Shown in pieces: positions 44,410 to 54,143 of a stretch of DNA of 64,000 bases (its first letter is position 1; each line of letters opens with the position of its first letter). The translations under genes were made by a program, and so were the position numbers. The notes beneath the pieces are model-generated. The model saw only the letters and a program-made list of their open reading frames with translations. It was not told the DNA's origin and did no database searches. The DNA is from a virus (taxonomy: Duplodnaviria; Caudoviricetes). The stretch is taken from positions 1-64,000 of the IMG/VR virus record IMGVR_UViG_3300037400_002732, one strand, 5' to 3'.

Positions 44410-45833
44410 TTAGTTTCCTCGGCCTTCTCCTTTTCAGGGTTAGCCTTTTTCTTTTTGTTTTCCTTTGCCTTCTTGGCTTCAGCCTTCATCGCTTCCTCTT
44501 CGGCCTTCTGCTTTTCAAGTTCTTCCTTGAGGTGAGCAGCGTATGCGTCAGAAAGCGTACGGCCAAGCATTGCATGGAAGAATCCGCCAAGAATCTGTTC
44601 GGAACCGATAGTCTTCTGGTTCAACAGTTCGCGCTGCTTCTTGTAGGCTTCGTCCCAGTTAACGCAAATGCGCCAACGTTCGATCAAGTTTAGCAAAGTT
44701 TCCGGAGGATCGTTCGGGCTAAATGTGAGGCCAGAAGCGACACAGATATGGTTGGCTGCGGTGTAGCCAGCATCCTTGACGCCAGCTATGGTGACGGCAC
44801 CTTCAGCAATGGCGAGAATGTTGTCCGTATCGGCATTGGCGAGTTCATACGGATCGTCTTGGATATTTTCCGGGACAGTGGTAATGACAAAGTCATAGCC
44901 AACGTCGCGTTCGATAGCCATGTTGCCAGCGAAGTTGTTGAAGTCAACTTGAGCACTAGCCCAGTGCTGGATCGTAGTCACTTCCGGTTCCTTGCCGTCC
45001 GGAGTCTGCTGCATCTTTTCATACAACGGCTTCGCAAGTTCGCCGACGGAGCAAATCGTAATCTTGTATTCCTTGGAAACTTCGAACACGCCCTTCTTGT
45101 AAAGGATGAAGTTTTGCACGTTCTTCGGAATGGTCGTGCCCTTGATCAAAATCTTGGGACGGCGGATGCTCGTCGAATAGCGGCTTGCGCGTTCATTCAC
45201 GCGGTAAAGAGGGTACATCGTGTTGTTCACGAATGTATTGATTACCACCACATCCTTGTCTTCCGGAATTAGGTTCACCTTCTTGAGCGTAACCATCATG
45301 CTTGTGTTCGGCACGACAATTTCGTCGGCAATGATCATGGCATCTTCGACCATGCGAACGGTGAACATGTTCACTTGACGGCCAGCCGGAGCATGCCACA
45401 CGAATTCATCCAAGGCATAGATGACGCGGAGCTTCAAGTTACGCATGATCTGACGCTGCTTGGCTTCGGCTTCAAGTGATTCTTCGGTAGCGTCTGCTGG
45501 AATTTCCATAGGGCCGCCGCACACTTGGTTTTCAAGTTCTTGGATCTTGTCGCCGATGGTGTGAATGAACTTGGCGTTGATGACGTTGTCGATCCAGAGT
45601 ACATTGTACTTGGTCAAGTCCGGTTCCTCGCGCAAGAAACCAGTACTGTTCATCGTCGTCACGGACACGTCAGCAAACGTGCTGTAAGCGTTCTTGAAAT
45701 ACTCCATGGCAGTCGCGCCACGCAACGGAGATAGGCGAGAATTGCCGTCCGACACAAAAAGAATATGGAACTCCAGCTGCTTTTTCTGGAATGTTGCCTT
45801 GATGCCTTCGTCAATCTGTTTTTGGAAATCCAT
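44406..45833 (-). CDS. Hypothetical protein with weak GT-B glycosyltransferase similarity
   Basis: RVIYALDEFVW..ADEIVVPN..VVINTF resembles GT4-like N-domains. Confidence 0.5.
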   Translation of the reverse strand: MDFQKQIDEGIKATFQKKQLEFHILFVSDGNSRLSPLRGATAMEYFKNAYSTFADVSVTTMNSTGFLREEPDLTKYNVLWIDNVINAKFIHTIGDKIQELENQVCGGPMEIPADATEESLEAEAKQRQIMRNLKLRVIYALDEFVWHAPAGRQVNMFTVRMVEDAMIIADEIVVPNTSMMVTLKKVNLIPEDKDVVVINTFVNNTMYPLYRVNERASRYSTSIRRPKILIKGTTIPKNVQNFILYKKGVFEVSKEYKITICSVGELAKPLYEKMQQTPDGKEPEVTTIQHWASAQVDFNNFAGNMAIERDVGYDFVITTVPENIQDDPYELANADTDNILAIAEGAVTIAGVKDAGYTAANHICVASGLTFSPNDPPETLLNLIERWRICVNWDEAYKKQRELLNQKTIGSEQILGGFFHAMLGRTLSDAYAAHLKEELEKQKAEEEAMKAEAKKAKENKKKKANPEKEKAEETK

Positions 45834-45870
45834 GAGAAATCCTTAATGAATGTTCACTTTTAAACGTAAA

Positions 45871-46980
45871 TTACTTTATTTTCGAGTTGTATTCTTTGAT
45901 GTAATTCAAAGTCACAGTTCTCGCGTCTTCACCGGAAGCAAGTTCCGGCAAAATTTCTGGGTGCTTGTCAAGATACATGGCCGCCATTCCCAGTGCGTCA
46001 GTGGTCAAGAGCTGTCTTGCCTCTTCCTCGGTCTTAGGCGCATCAGTATCTTCGGTCTCGGTAGGATCTTCGCCAACCGTCACCGTCTCGATATAAATCG
46101 GATGCAGCGACACAAGCTGGCCCTTCAGCTTGGCGGCCTCGTCATAGCTACGCCCATTGTCGGTAAAATACTTGACAATCTTGTTTGACAAATCACCAAC
46201 CGTATCAAGCTCGGTGTCCTTGACTTCGATAAATTCCGGAGAAATATTGTTCTCAACAAACTCGACAGTCTCAGTATCGGTGTCAAAGATATGGTAGCCA
46301 GCCTTGACGCCAACATGGCCGAAACTCATCTGGTAAGGAGTACCCACATAGTAAATTGAGTTGGTGCCGTCGCTGATTTCGGACTTACAATGGTAGTGTC
46401 CGCTAAAGGTCACCTTGGCCGCATTGAGGAAGTGCTTGGGATCGATACCAGCCTTCGATACGGTCTTGGCCTCCATCTGTGCGCCAATCATGTCAAAATG
46501 GCCCACGATTACATTCTGCTCGTTATTGCCACGTCCAGTCTTGATGAGCCAGTTCGTGACGTTCTGAATCTTGCTTTCTTGAATCCACGGAACAAAGAAC
46601 CACTTCTTGCCGCCGATCTTTTCCATGCCTACGCTTTCGATATAGACGGTCACGTTGGGCAAGTTCTCGAAGTATCGGATCTGGCAAATCTCGGAGCTGT
46701 TGTCGAACAGCATGTCATGGTTTCCTGCGATTACACGGCAGTTAAACTTTGCCAGACGGTCACGGAACATCATGTAGGCGTAGTGAAGAACTTCGCATGA
46801 AATTGCCGCACGGACTTCGAAGATATCGCCAAGGAATACCAAGTCGGTAATGCCCCTAGACTCGAAATCTTGAATCATCGATTCAATCAAGTCATGCTGG
46901 CCCTTAGTGACAGCATGGGTGATGCCGGACTTAGTGCTAGTAAATCCAAGGTGCAAGTCGCCTATAATTCCAATTTTCAT
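45871..46980 (-). CDS. Mre11/SbcD-like recombination nuclease (T4 gp47-like)
   Basis: GDLH, LGDIF, GNHD, GHF, SGHYH metallophosphoesterase motifs. Confidence 0.9.
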   Translation of the reverse strand: MKIGIIGDLHLGFTSTKSGITHAVTKGQHDLIESMIQDFESRGITDLVFLGDIFEVRAAISCEVLHYAYMMFRDRLAKFNCRVIAGNHDMLFDNSSEICQIRYFENLPNVTVYIESVGMEKIGGKKWFFVPWIQESKIQNVTNWLIKTGRGNNEQNVIVGHFDMIGAQMEAKTVSKAGIDPKHFLNAAKVTFSGHYHCKSEISDGTNSIYYVGTPYQMSFGHVGVKAGYHIFDTDTETVEFVENNISPEFIEVKDTELDTVGDLSNKIVKYFTDNGRSYDEAAKLKGQLVSLHPIYIETVTVGEDPTETEDTDAPKTEEEARQLLTTDALGMAAMYLDKHPEILPELASGEDARTVTLNYIKEYNSKIK

Positions 46981-47684
46981 TATTCTTCCTTATGTTCTAT
47001 CTGCTTCGTTTCGTCCATGCCGATGCGGCGCAGCTTCTCGCGCTCTTCCACCTCGGCCTTTACCGTATCGACAATGTCGGCTTCGTTCTGCTTAGTCCAA
47101 GCGGCAATAATCTTATTGGCTTGATCTGGGCTGAAATCGAATTCTTGCTCGTTCGCGTCGAGTTCACCAGACTGGATCTTCTTAGCGATGTCGAGGTCAT
47201 TCTCTTGACGGAATTCCTTCGTCATCTTATTCAAGTCGGCAAGAGACTTGGTCATGGTAGAGATCATGCTGGCGACAGCCGCCCACATCTTGTCATTCGT
47301 ATCAGCTTGGCACTTGAGCTGGCTGTACATATCATTTAGTAAATCTCGACCCATGTCATAAAGTTCATGTGCCTCTGCACGTATCCTAGCACGGTCTTTT
47401 CGAAGAACGTCGTCGGTAATGTCCTCGGCATCGATGAAATCAATGCCGGACTGCTTTACTTTCACCAGCTTCGCTTGAGCAGTCAACGCCTTGGTACGAT
47501 TGATCAAATCTTGAGACTGCGTCAGAGCGTCTTGTGTGGAACCGATCGGCAAATTAAGAGCTTGCTCAAGCTCGCCGAATACATTTTCGTCACGCTTCGA
47601 CTGCTTCGGCTTGTCGAAATTCAGCAAGTCATCGATAGCGTCGTCGTGCTCATCATCAATAAAATTTGTAGTAGAGTCTGCCAT
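46980..47684 (-). CDS. Helical protein, possible terminase small subunit (gp16-like)
   Basis: Helical-hairpin pattern RAEAHELYDMGRDLL..KMWAAVASMISTMTKSLADL. Confidence 0.4.
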   Translation of the reverse strand: MADSTTNFIDDEHDDAIDDLLNFDKPKQSKRDENVFGELEQALNLPIGSTQDALTQSQDLINRTKALTAQAKLVKVKQSGIDFIDAEDITDDVLRKDRARIRAEAHELYDMGRDLLNDMYSQLKCQADTNDKMWAAVASMISTMTKSLADLNKMTKEFRQENDLDIAKKIQSGELDANEQEFDFSPDQANKIIAAWTKQNEADIVDTVKAEVEEREKLRRIGMDETKQIEHKEE

Positions 47685-47704
47685 ATACGTAAAATTACCT
47701 TAGA

Positions 47705-48229
47705 TTACACATTGGTAACCATGATGCCATGATCCTTGCAATACTGGGCTGCCTTTACCAACGTACCCACCCTCATCGAATAACTCGCTATATTATCGCG
47801 GCACTGTTTCAAAAACTCGACATAGAGTGCTTGCTTGTTCATGTTCTGCTTCAACTCCGCTATGTTCAGTCTGACACGTTCACCGTCCTTAAAGTCGTTG
47901 GGCGAATCCCAGCCGCCATCAACCATGATTTCGGTCTCCTTGGCGTTAGTCGTCCATCCTATGTGGCTAGTTTTGAGGTCTTCCAACACTTCCCTTCGGC
48001 GTACGTTGTAAGCGGTAGTCAAACGTTCCAACTTGCACGATTCTTGGAAAATAAGAGCGTTGATCTGGGCAGCAGCCTCGCCCATGTTATAGGCGGCATT
48101 ATTGATCATCTTCTCAAAGTCGGGAGTTCCGTCTTCCTTCGTACTATCCAAATAAAAGGACATGAAGTCACGAATTTGCTTGATCTTTGGATTCGTTATT
48201 TCTTTCGCCAGCTTATCGTCTTTAATCAT
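47705..48229 (-). CDS. UvsY-like recombination mediator
   Basis: Size, helical pattern (KETEIMVDG..YVEFLKQCRDNI) and proximity to the gp47-like gene. Confidence 0.45.
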   Translation of the reverse strand: MIKDDKLAKEITNPKIKQIRDFMSFYLDSTKEDGTPDFEKMINNAAYNMGEAAAQINALIFQESCKLERLTTAYNVRRREVLEDLKTSHIGWTTNAKETEIMVDGGWDSPNDFKDGERVRLNIAELKQNMNKQALYVEFLKQCRDNIASYSMRVGTLVKAAQYCKDHGIMVTNV

Positions 48230-48251
48230 ACAGTTACCCCGATTCGACGAA

Positions 48252-48280
48252 AATATAGTTTAGAACGGTTTGAATTTCAA
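48252..48280 (-). promoter_or_regulatory. Sigma70-type promoter
   Basis: TTGAAA-N17-TATATT. Confidence 0.7.
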
Positions 48281-48287
48281 ATACGAG

Positions 48288-48313
48288 AAAACGGCTCCAA
48301 AATGGAGCCGTTT
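48288..48313 (-). terminator. Terminator after the tail tube gene
   Basis: AAACGGCTCCA-TTT-TGGAGCCGTTTT on the minus strand. Confidence 0.75.
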
Positions 48314-48336
48314 CCAATTTTTTACCCTTCTGAGGC

Positions 48337-49053
48337 TTAGATGACCTTATATCCAGGTGGGATGAACAGGTTGAATCTGTCGTAACGGAACTTGACAGAG
48401 AACGTGCCGAGCTTGGCAGTTTCATAGTCAAGGCCGAACTGAGAAGCGTCAACTTGCTTCGGCCACGCATTGACGAGCAACACGGACAGAGTCACGTTAC
48501 CGTACATCCAGTCGTACAATTCCAAGCGGATAGAGGCGTTACGCATCAATCCGGCGTAGGTATTGTTGTGGTTTTCTTGCTGACCGAGGCCAAGATAAAT
48601 CTTGTTATTACCTTCGTTAGCGGTACGGTCGGACTCATGGATAGCGTCGTTCGTACCAGTATTGGAAAGAATACCTTGGTTAAAGCAAGTCTGGTTCCAA
48701 GCCAGCATCATTTCGTAGGCCCTCATGTCTTCGAGGAGCAAGCACTTGATGTCCATTTCACCGGCAAGGCCGTCTTGCTGGACAGCAAACCACTTTTCGA
48801 AGCCCATGTAGTTAATCTTGGCGTCCTTGGTCTTGACGGCTGGGATTTTCGCTCCGCCTTGCACATGCAAAGCGAACTCGTCGTCACCGCCTTCAGTACC
48901 GAAGTGGACACCGTTGGTGCATTTCACGCCGACAAGCCTAAAGATGTCGGACGGAATCACCAAACGCCAACGGGTGCTACGTTGAGGATCAACAAGGTGG
49001 TCAATCGCACTGGCGTAGAACACCTTCTTCTTTTGTTCTTCACTAAGAGCCAT
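48337..49053 (-). CDS. Tail tube protein (gp19-like)
   Basis: Follows the sheath; KIPAVK..INYMG..LLEDMRAYEMMLAW..NAWP..FSVKFRYD. Confidence 0.8.
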   Translation of the reverse strand: MALSEEQKKKVFYASAIDHLVDPQRSTRWRLVIPSDIFRLVGVKCTNGVHFGTEGGDDEFALHVQGGAKIPAVKTKDAKINYMGFEKWFAVQQDGLAGEMDIKCLLLEDMRAYEMMLAWNQTCFNQGILSNTGTNDAIHESDRTANEGNNKIYLGLGQQENHNNTYAGLMRNASIRLELYDWMYGNVTLSVLLVNAWPKQVDASQFGLDYETAKLGTFSVKFRYDRFNLFIPPGYKVI

Positions 49054-49067
49054 AAGTTAACCTCCTC

Positions 49068-52000
49068 TTATTCCTGTTCGAGCAACTCGGTTTTAATGGT
49101 CTTACCGTTCTTCGTAGATTCGACAGAGGTACGAAGAATGATCCAGCGAGTAGACTTCGGCGGCAAGAGCTTGAGATCGACGAACAAGAAGTTCTGTTCA
49201 ATCGTGTCCGGAGTATTGTTGGAATCATTACAGATTACCTTGCCATCAATCAAACCAGGAGGATTCTGACGCTTGATGTTGTTCAGCTTTTCCTGGAGGT
49301 CTGACGTGATCTGAGCACGTAAAACAGTGGTATTGAGCTTAAATACCTTGTGGTCGAGATACTTGTAGAAGATCTTGTGAATACCAGCAACCAACATCGT
49401 AACGTGGACTTGGTTAAAGGCCGTATCTTCCATCTGGAGAGTCCAGTCACCCCAAATGCGGATGCCGTCCTTGTTCACGCGAGTCGCGTTGACATGGATG
49501 TCAGAAAGCTTAGCATGGTCACAGTTCTTGTCTTCAGAGTTGTATGTACGAGTGAAGCGTTCCTTGGTTCCCCAGGCAGCCGGAACGTATGCTTCGTCAC
49601 CAGAAGGCGGAATCCACCAGATGCCACCTTGACGGTTAGCAGTGATGATAGCAGCCAACTGCACGGACTTCATAACGTCAACTTGGCTCTGCGTATAGAT
49701 GGAGTCGGTGAACACGCCACGACCGTCGTAGATAAAGCCCCAACGACCGAGAGACAGCTGTCCAGCACTAATCATCTTCTTCACAGCCTTATGGATATCC
49801 GGTTCATACACACCGTCGAACAAGCAGAAGCAGTCCTTACGAGATTCGCACACGTTGATCATGGCTTGCATGACTTGAGTATTCAAGGTTTCATACTTAC
49901 GAGTAAACGGACTGTTGATATCGACACCAGCAGCAACGAGCATATCAACGTCGGATGCGTCCTTGTTCACGAACAAGTTCCACACCGTCGAGAGAGTGCT
50001 TCCGCTGTTGTTGTTCTGAGGATCGTAAGTCCACACAGCGTCGTTCACGATAGCAGGGTCTTCGTCGTTGTAGGCGATGGCGGTGTAGCTACCATTGAGC
50101 ATACCGTTCTGAATTGTCTGGGACAAGTCATAGGAGTTGTTCTCAAGGAAGTAGTCAAGCACACCAGAATCGTTGATGACGAATTCCAGACCGCTGTTTT
50201 CAAGTTCGTATTCGGCAGCTTCGACAATGCTCAGCTGGCGACCGTTGTAGTTGTACGGAACCACAGTACCTTCAAATTCGTAGAGCTTGCCGTTGAAGCG
50301 GTAGCGAATCGACATGAACATACGGGCCACGACAATACCGTCGTCAGTCAGAGTAAACACTTGCATCGGGTTGCCGTCAAAGTTGATATCAACGTAACGG
50401 TTCTTTGCAAGGCCGAGAGCCATGAAGCTTGCACCAATTTCAGAATCAGCCAAGACAATCGGAGATTTTTCGATTTCTGCACTAAAGACGCTAGTATTTG
50501 CATCGATAAAATCAAGGTCAGATGAAATCACGCCGTTAGGCAAATTACTGTCACCAACTGTAGCTATACCTTGGTCAACTTTGCTGACATACAACGAGTA
50601 GCTGGATACGAAAATCAAGTCAGCGTAATCGTAGGTAGTCGTCGTAGTCACATTCGGCGTTACGGACGTATCAGTCGTCGTCTCGCTAAGGCTAGTCGGA
50701 ACCGCATACACCGTCGCATTGGTTGTAGTCAAATTCAGCAACTGATATACAGCAGTAGAAGCAACCGTTACATTTGCCGGATAGCTATCGCTGGTATCTA
50801 CCGTAATTTCACCAGACATCGGATTAATTGCAGTGATTTTATACGTCTGCTTCGTGTATGCCGAAGTAGCCTGTAATGCTATGTCAACCGAAGTAGCACC
50901 GCGCACAATCGCAACAATATCACCGATAGAGTAATCATACGCCGCGCTTGGATCAACCATAATCTTGCCGTTAACCATAATCTTGCCTTCGTTATGGTTA
51001 ATGTCGTTCAATACAGCAACACGGCTATATGCCTTAATGCGCTGAATAGCGTTTGCAACTTCGTTCGCAACGTAATTCCAATTATTTGCAGAATCGCTTG
51101 CGGTGGCAGTAACATCAGCAAGTTCAATCGTATCGGACTGGCAGAACTCATTGACATTAACAGACGTTAATTGATACGTTCCATTAGCCAATTCGACATT
51201 ACCAACAATTTCATTGCCAGACACACCAGTTACTTGTACTGGTTTGGTTTCACTACCAGAAATACTGATGCTAAGTATATCTCCAGGGACAATATAAGAA
51301 TCAGCAGAATTGATACCGGTTCCGTTGATAGTGATCTTGTTACTAGAAACAACACCCGTAATCGAACTCTGAGAAGCAGCCGATGCAGCAGTCTGTTCGA
51401 ACGGCACTTTATTTGCGACCAAACGAACATAGAACTCAGAGCCAGACTTATCGCGGAATGTAATCATAGCACCGTTGCGAACCACAGAATTCGGCTTAGT
51501 AGGATTACCCTTACCAAAGCGAAGCGCAGCTACATTCTTAACGCTATTACCAGCAACCGCAGTTTTGATATTCAAATAATCGAATCCATCTGCAATCGCA
51601 TTTTCAGCGTCATTGAACATGATTACGTCTGGCACATTAGGATCCGGATATTCTTTTTTATCCACAAGAATCGTAACCACATTGTCAACAACATCATCGA
51701 CCGTTGCCAGTACACTCACTGCGGACGTTCCAGAATTACCATAGATATTTTCTTTCTTGTCAGTTTTAGGTATGAACACCGTGTCACCGCTGGTAAACAA
51801 CGGCTTAGATGACAACGTACACTCAAACTTCCTATATCCTTCGGGTGCACCAGCCGGAGTTTGAATCCTAACCACGTCATAACGGTCATAAGCACGGTTA
51901 GCGTAGCTCGGATCGCGGTTCATGATAGCGAACATCACCATGTCAGTGCAATGCTTGTTGTCGAACAAACGAGAAGCCTTACTGTCAGCGAAAGTTTCGC

Positions 52001-52547
52001 TGGCATCAACGCCGAACTGAACGTTGTTGCCCATTTCAATCGTTTCGGCAATGTTGTTGATCTTACGTGTAACACCAAATTCGGCAGCACCGTCAGTCTT
52101 GAAACGAGTAGCAGCGAAGTGCTTCACGTTGAGAGACGTGGACGGAAGGCATTCACCAGTCTTTCTGTCAATGGCCGTATAAGTGTCGTACAAAGCTGCA
52201 TTCTTGTCGAACGCCACCACGAAGGCATCCGTTTTCAAGTCGCGCTTATAAGCGTCGGTGCGGCTGATTTCTTCGCCGTACGGGCGAACAAACTCGACCT
52301 CACCACCAGCGGTCAGCACTGCATTAGCAGCGTACATACCCTGGTTGTATTTGTAGCTCTGGTAGCCGTAACCCAGCTTGACACCAAGTTCGCCAGTATT
52401 AGACACCGGGATGATCTTGTTCAATTCACCCTTGGATGCGTAACCAACGATACCAGCGACAGTGTTCGGATTCTGAACCACCGTATAGGCGGAGTTATCC
52501 TTTAGCTGAATTCTCGTGCCTGGAGCATAACCCATTTTTGTTCCCAT
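49068..52547 (-). CDS. Tail sheath protein (gp18-like) with large internal insertions
   Basis: APGTRI..GIVGYASKG N-terminus; ESRKDCF, WWIPPSG, IWGDWT, VICNDSNNTP..IEQN C-terminus. Confidence 0.9.
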   Translation of the reverse strand: MGTKMGYAPGTRIQLKDNSAYTVVQNPNTVAGIVGYASKGELNKIIPVSNTGELGVKLGYGYQSYKYNQGMYAANAVLTAGGEVEFVRPYGEEISRTDAYKRDLKTDAFVVAFDKNAALYDTYTAIDRKTGECLPSTSLNVKHFAATRFKTDGAAEFGVTRKINNIAETIEMGNNVQFGVDASETFADSKASRLFDNKHCTDMVMFAIMNRDPSYANRAYDRYDVVRIQTPAGAPEGYRKFECTLSSKPLFTSGDTVFIPKTDKKENIYGNSGTSAVSVLATVDDVVDNVVTILVDKKEYPDPNVPDVIMFNDAENAIADGFDYLNIKTAVAGNSVKNVAALRFGKGNPTKPNSVVRNGAMITFRDKSGSEFYVRLVANKVPFEQTAASAASQSSITGVVSSNKITINGTGINSADSYIVPGDILSISISGSETKPVQVTGVSGNEIVGNVELANGTYQLTSVNVNEFCQSDTIELADVTATASDSANNWNYVANEVANAIQRIKAYSRVAVLNDINHNEGKIMVNGKIMVDPSAAYDYSIGDIVAIVRGATSVDIALQATSAYTKQTYKITAINPMSGEITVDTSDSYPANVTVASTAVYQLLNLTTTNATVYAVPTSLSETTTDTSVTPNVTTTTTYDYADLIFVSSYSLYVSKVDQGIATVGDSNLPNGVISSDLDFIDANTSVFSAEIEKSPIVLADSEIGASFMALGLAKNRYVDINFDGNPMQVFTLTDDGIVVARMFMSIRYRFNGKLYEFEGTVVPYNYNGRQLSIVEAAEYELENSGLEFVINDSGVLDYFLENNSYDLSQTIQNGMLNGSYTAIAYNDEDPAIVNDAVWTYDPQNNNSGSTLSTVWNLFVNKDASDVDMLVAAGVDINSPFTRKYETLNTQVMQAMINVCESRKDCFCLFDGVYEPDIHKAVKKMISAGQLSLGRWGFIYDGRGVFTDSIYTQSQVDVMKSVQLAAIITANRQGGIWWIPPSGDEAYVPAAWGTKERFTRTYNSEDKNCDHAKLSDIHVNATRVNKDGIRIWGDWTLQMEDTAFNQVHVTMLVAGIHKIFYKYLDHKVFKLNTTVLRAQITSDLQEKLNNIKRQNPPGLIDGKVICNDSNNTPDTIEQNFLFVDLKLLPPKSTRWIILRTSVESTKNGKTIKTELLEQE

Positions 52548-52654
52548 AGATTGATCCTCATGGTACGTTCATTTTGATTCAAGTTTATGCCATGGTCACG
52601 ATTTTTTCTCCGACACGGTTCCGATAAACTGCAAACAGCGGAATTTGAGGCATT

Positions 52655-53554
52655 ATGACACATATCGCTGGCGTAATTAACTACAAACTCAACGAGTTGA
52701 AGGACAAGAGACCCGAAGAAAGGGCCCTTATTGAAGCTATCCAGTCTGAAATCAACAAGAAAGTACAGATCATTTCGCCGGAAACAAGGAAATCGCTCTT
52801 GCAGTTCCCAATCCAGTTCACGCAGCGCATACGAACGTCCGCCCGCGATTGGACGACGCAGCTGCATAAGTGGGCAGATTACCAGTTGCCGGAACTGCTC
52901 ATGATCGACCCAATCTACCTTACTACCGAAAATTCCGACAACGACTGCGTACTCAAGTGCTTGGTCAAGGCCGCCCTCGGCATCACCATGACAAACATGG
53001 TCAACTACGAGCTTATCGAAGAGCTGTTCCAGAAGGACATGAACTACGCCGCAATGACCGTCCCCGGCGATCCGGAATCTACCGAAGCCGGAAACGCATG
53101 GTACGAAACCGACATCGAGAACAAGAGCGTAATTGAATACCTATATGACTTCGCCGTTGGTGAAGGCGACTTTAGAGGAAAGCCGAAAGACCACAAGATT
53201 CTAGCCATGTTCGACAAGTACGCCGATATAGCCCTACGAATTCCGGACGAAGACGAGCTGAGGGCCGACTACGATGAAGACGCCGATCCGAAGGAAGACC
53301 AGAAAGCCGTCGTTCAAGCCGAACAAGAGCGCGAGCATTCCATGGCCACCAATCCGAGCGATGTTCCGCTGGCCACTGACGACAAAGAAGGCGACCAGAC
53401 AGCAACTATGGACGAGGTCAACGGAGAAGGCGAAGCCACCGTGGACGAAAATGGACAAATAGCCCCGCCGGGTCACGGCGAGGCTAATGAAGGCGAAGAC
53501 AAGCTGTCCAAGGTTCTAGGAGTTCTGCTGAAGCTCAGTGACAGTCTCGGCTAA
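52655..53554 (+). CDS. Hypothetical late protein
   Basis: 299 aa; ATAAACT at 52624-52630; GAGG SD. Confidence 0.75.
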   Translation: MTHIAGVINYKLNELKDKRPEERALIEAIQSEINKKVQIISPETRKSLLQFPIQFTQRIRTSARDWTTQLHKWADYQLPELLMIDPIYLTTENSDNDCVLKCLVKAALGITMTNMVNYELIEELFQKDMNYAAMTVPGDPESTEAGNAWYETDIENKSVIEYLYDFAVGEGDFRGKPKDHKILAMFDKYADIALRIPDEDELRADYDEDADPKEDQKAVVQAEQEREHSMATNPSDVPLATDDKEGDQTATMDEVNGEGEATVDENGQIAPPGHGEANEGEDKLSKVLGVLLKLSDSLG

Positions 53555-53731
53555 CGAATCCGCCATCTTCTTGACTTCATCGCCAAGGCGGATTTCCGGT
53601 TCAACGATAGAATCAATGCCGTCTCGAAGCATCCCAACATTGATACCGCCGTCGATAAACGACACGGCGGTTTTTTCGTCGCATCCGAACGACTTCATGA
53701 CAAGTTCGATATCACTTCTTTCGGCGGCCAT
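53516..53731 (-). CDS. Small hypothetical protein
   Basis: MAAERSD.. overlapping the upstream stop. Confidence 0.5.
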   Translation of the reverse strand: MAAERSDIELVMKSFGCDEKTAVSFIDGGINVGMLRDGIDSIVEPEIRLGDEVKKMADSLAETVTELQQNS

Positions 53732-54143
53732 TCTTCGATCCTTCCGGCAGCTTGCCGTTGACTCGGTATTCATATAGGTCACTTACAAGCTTCTCGTCGA
53801 TTTCCTTGTTGCGGATCATGGAATCGGCTGACGAAGCCGACGTGTCATACACGGTCATGACTTGATCACGAAGCTTGTTCACTGCATTGATTTCGGTAGG
53901 AAATGCGCGAAGGTAGCCAGTGTTCAGCTTCTTGCCGTTGAACGCCTCCATGACCTTTGCGCGAACTTTCGTCGTAAGCCTTGAGAACTCGACCGTATTC
54001 AATACAAGCAACTGCTTGTAGATGGACGGCGTCATTGACAAGGAGTACAGCGCAGCATAGGTATCATGCTCCGCTATGTCCGACATGTCCATCGGCTTGC
54101 CGTCGATACGGTCTTGGATGAATTTCGCATGATCAAACGCCAT
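53712..54143 (-). CDS. Putative clamp loader small subunit (gp62-like)
   Basis: Directly downstream of the gp44-like gene; size fits. Confidence 0.45.
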   Translation of the reverse strand: MAFDHAKFIQDRIDGKPMDMSDIAEHDTYAALYSLSMTPSIYKQLLVLNTVEFSRLTTKVRAKVMEAFNGKKLNTGYLRAFPTEINAVNKLRDQVMTVYDTSASSADSMIRNKEIDEKLVSDLYEYRVNGKLPEGSKNGRRKK

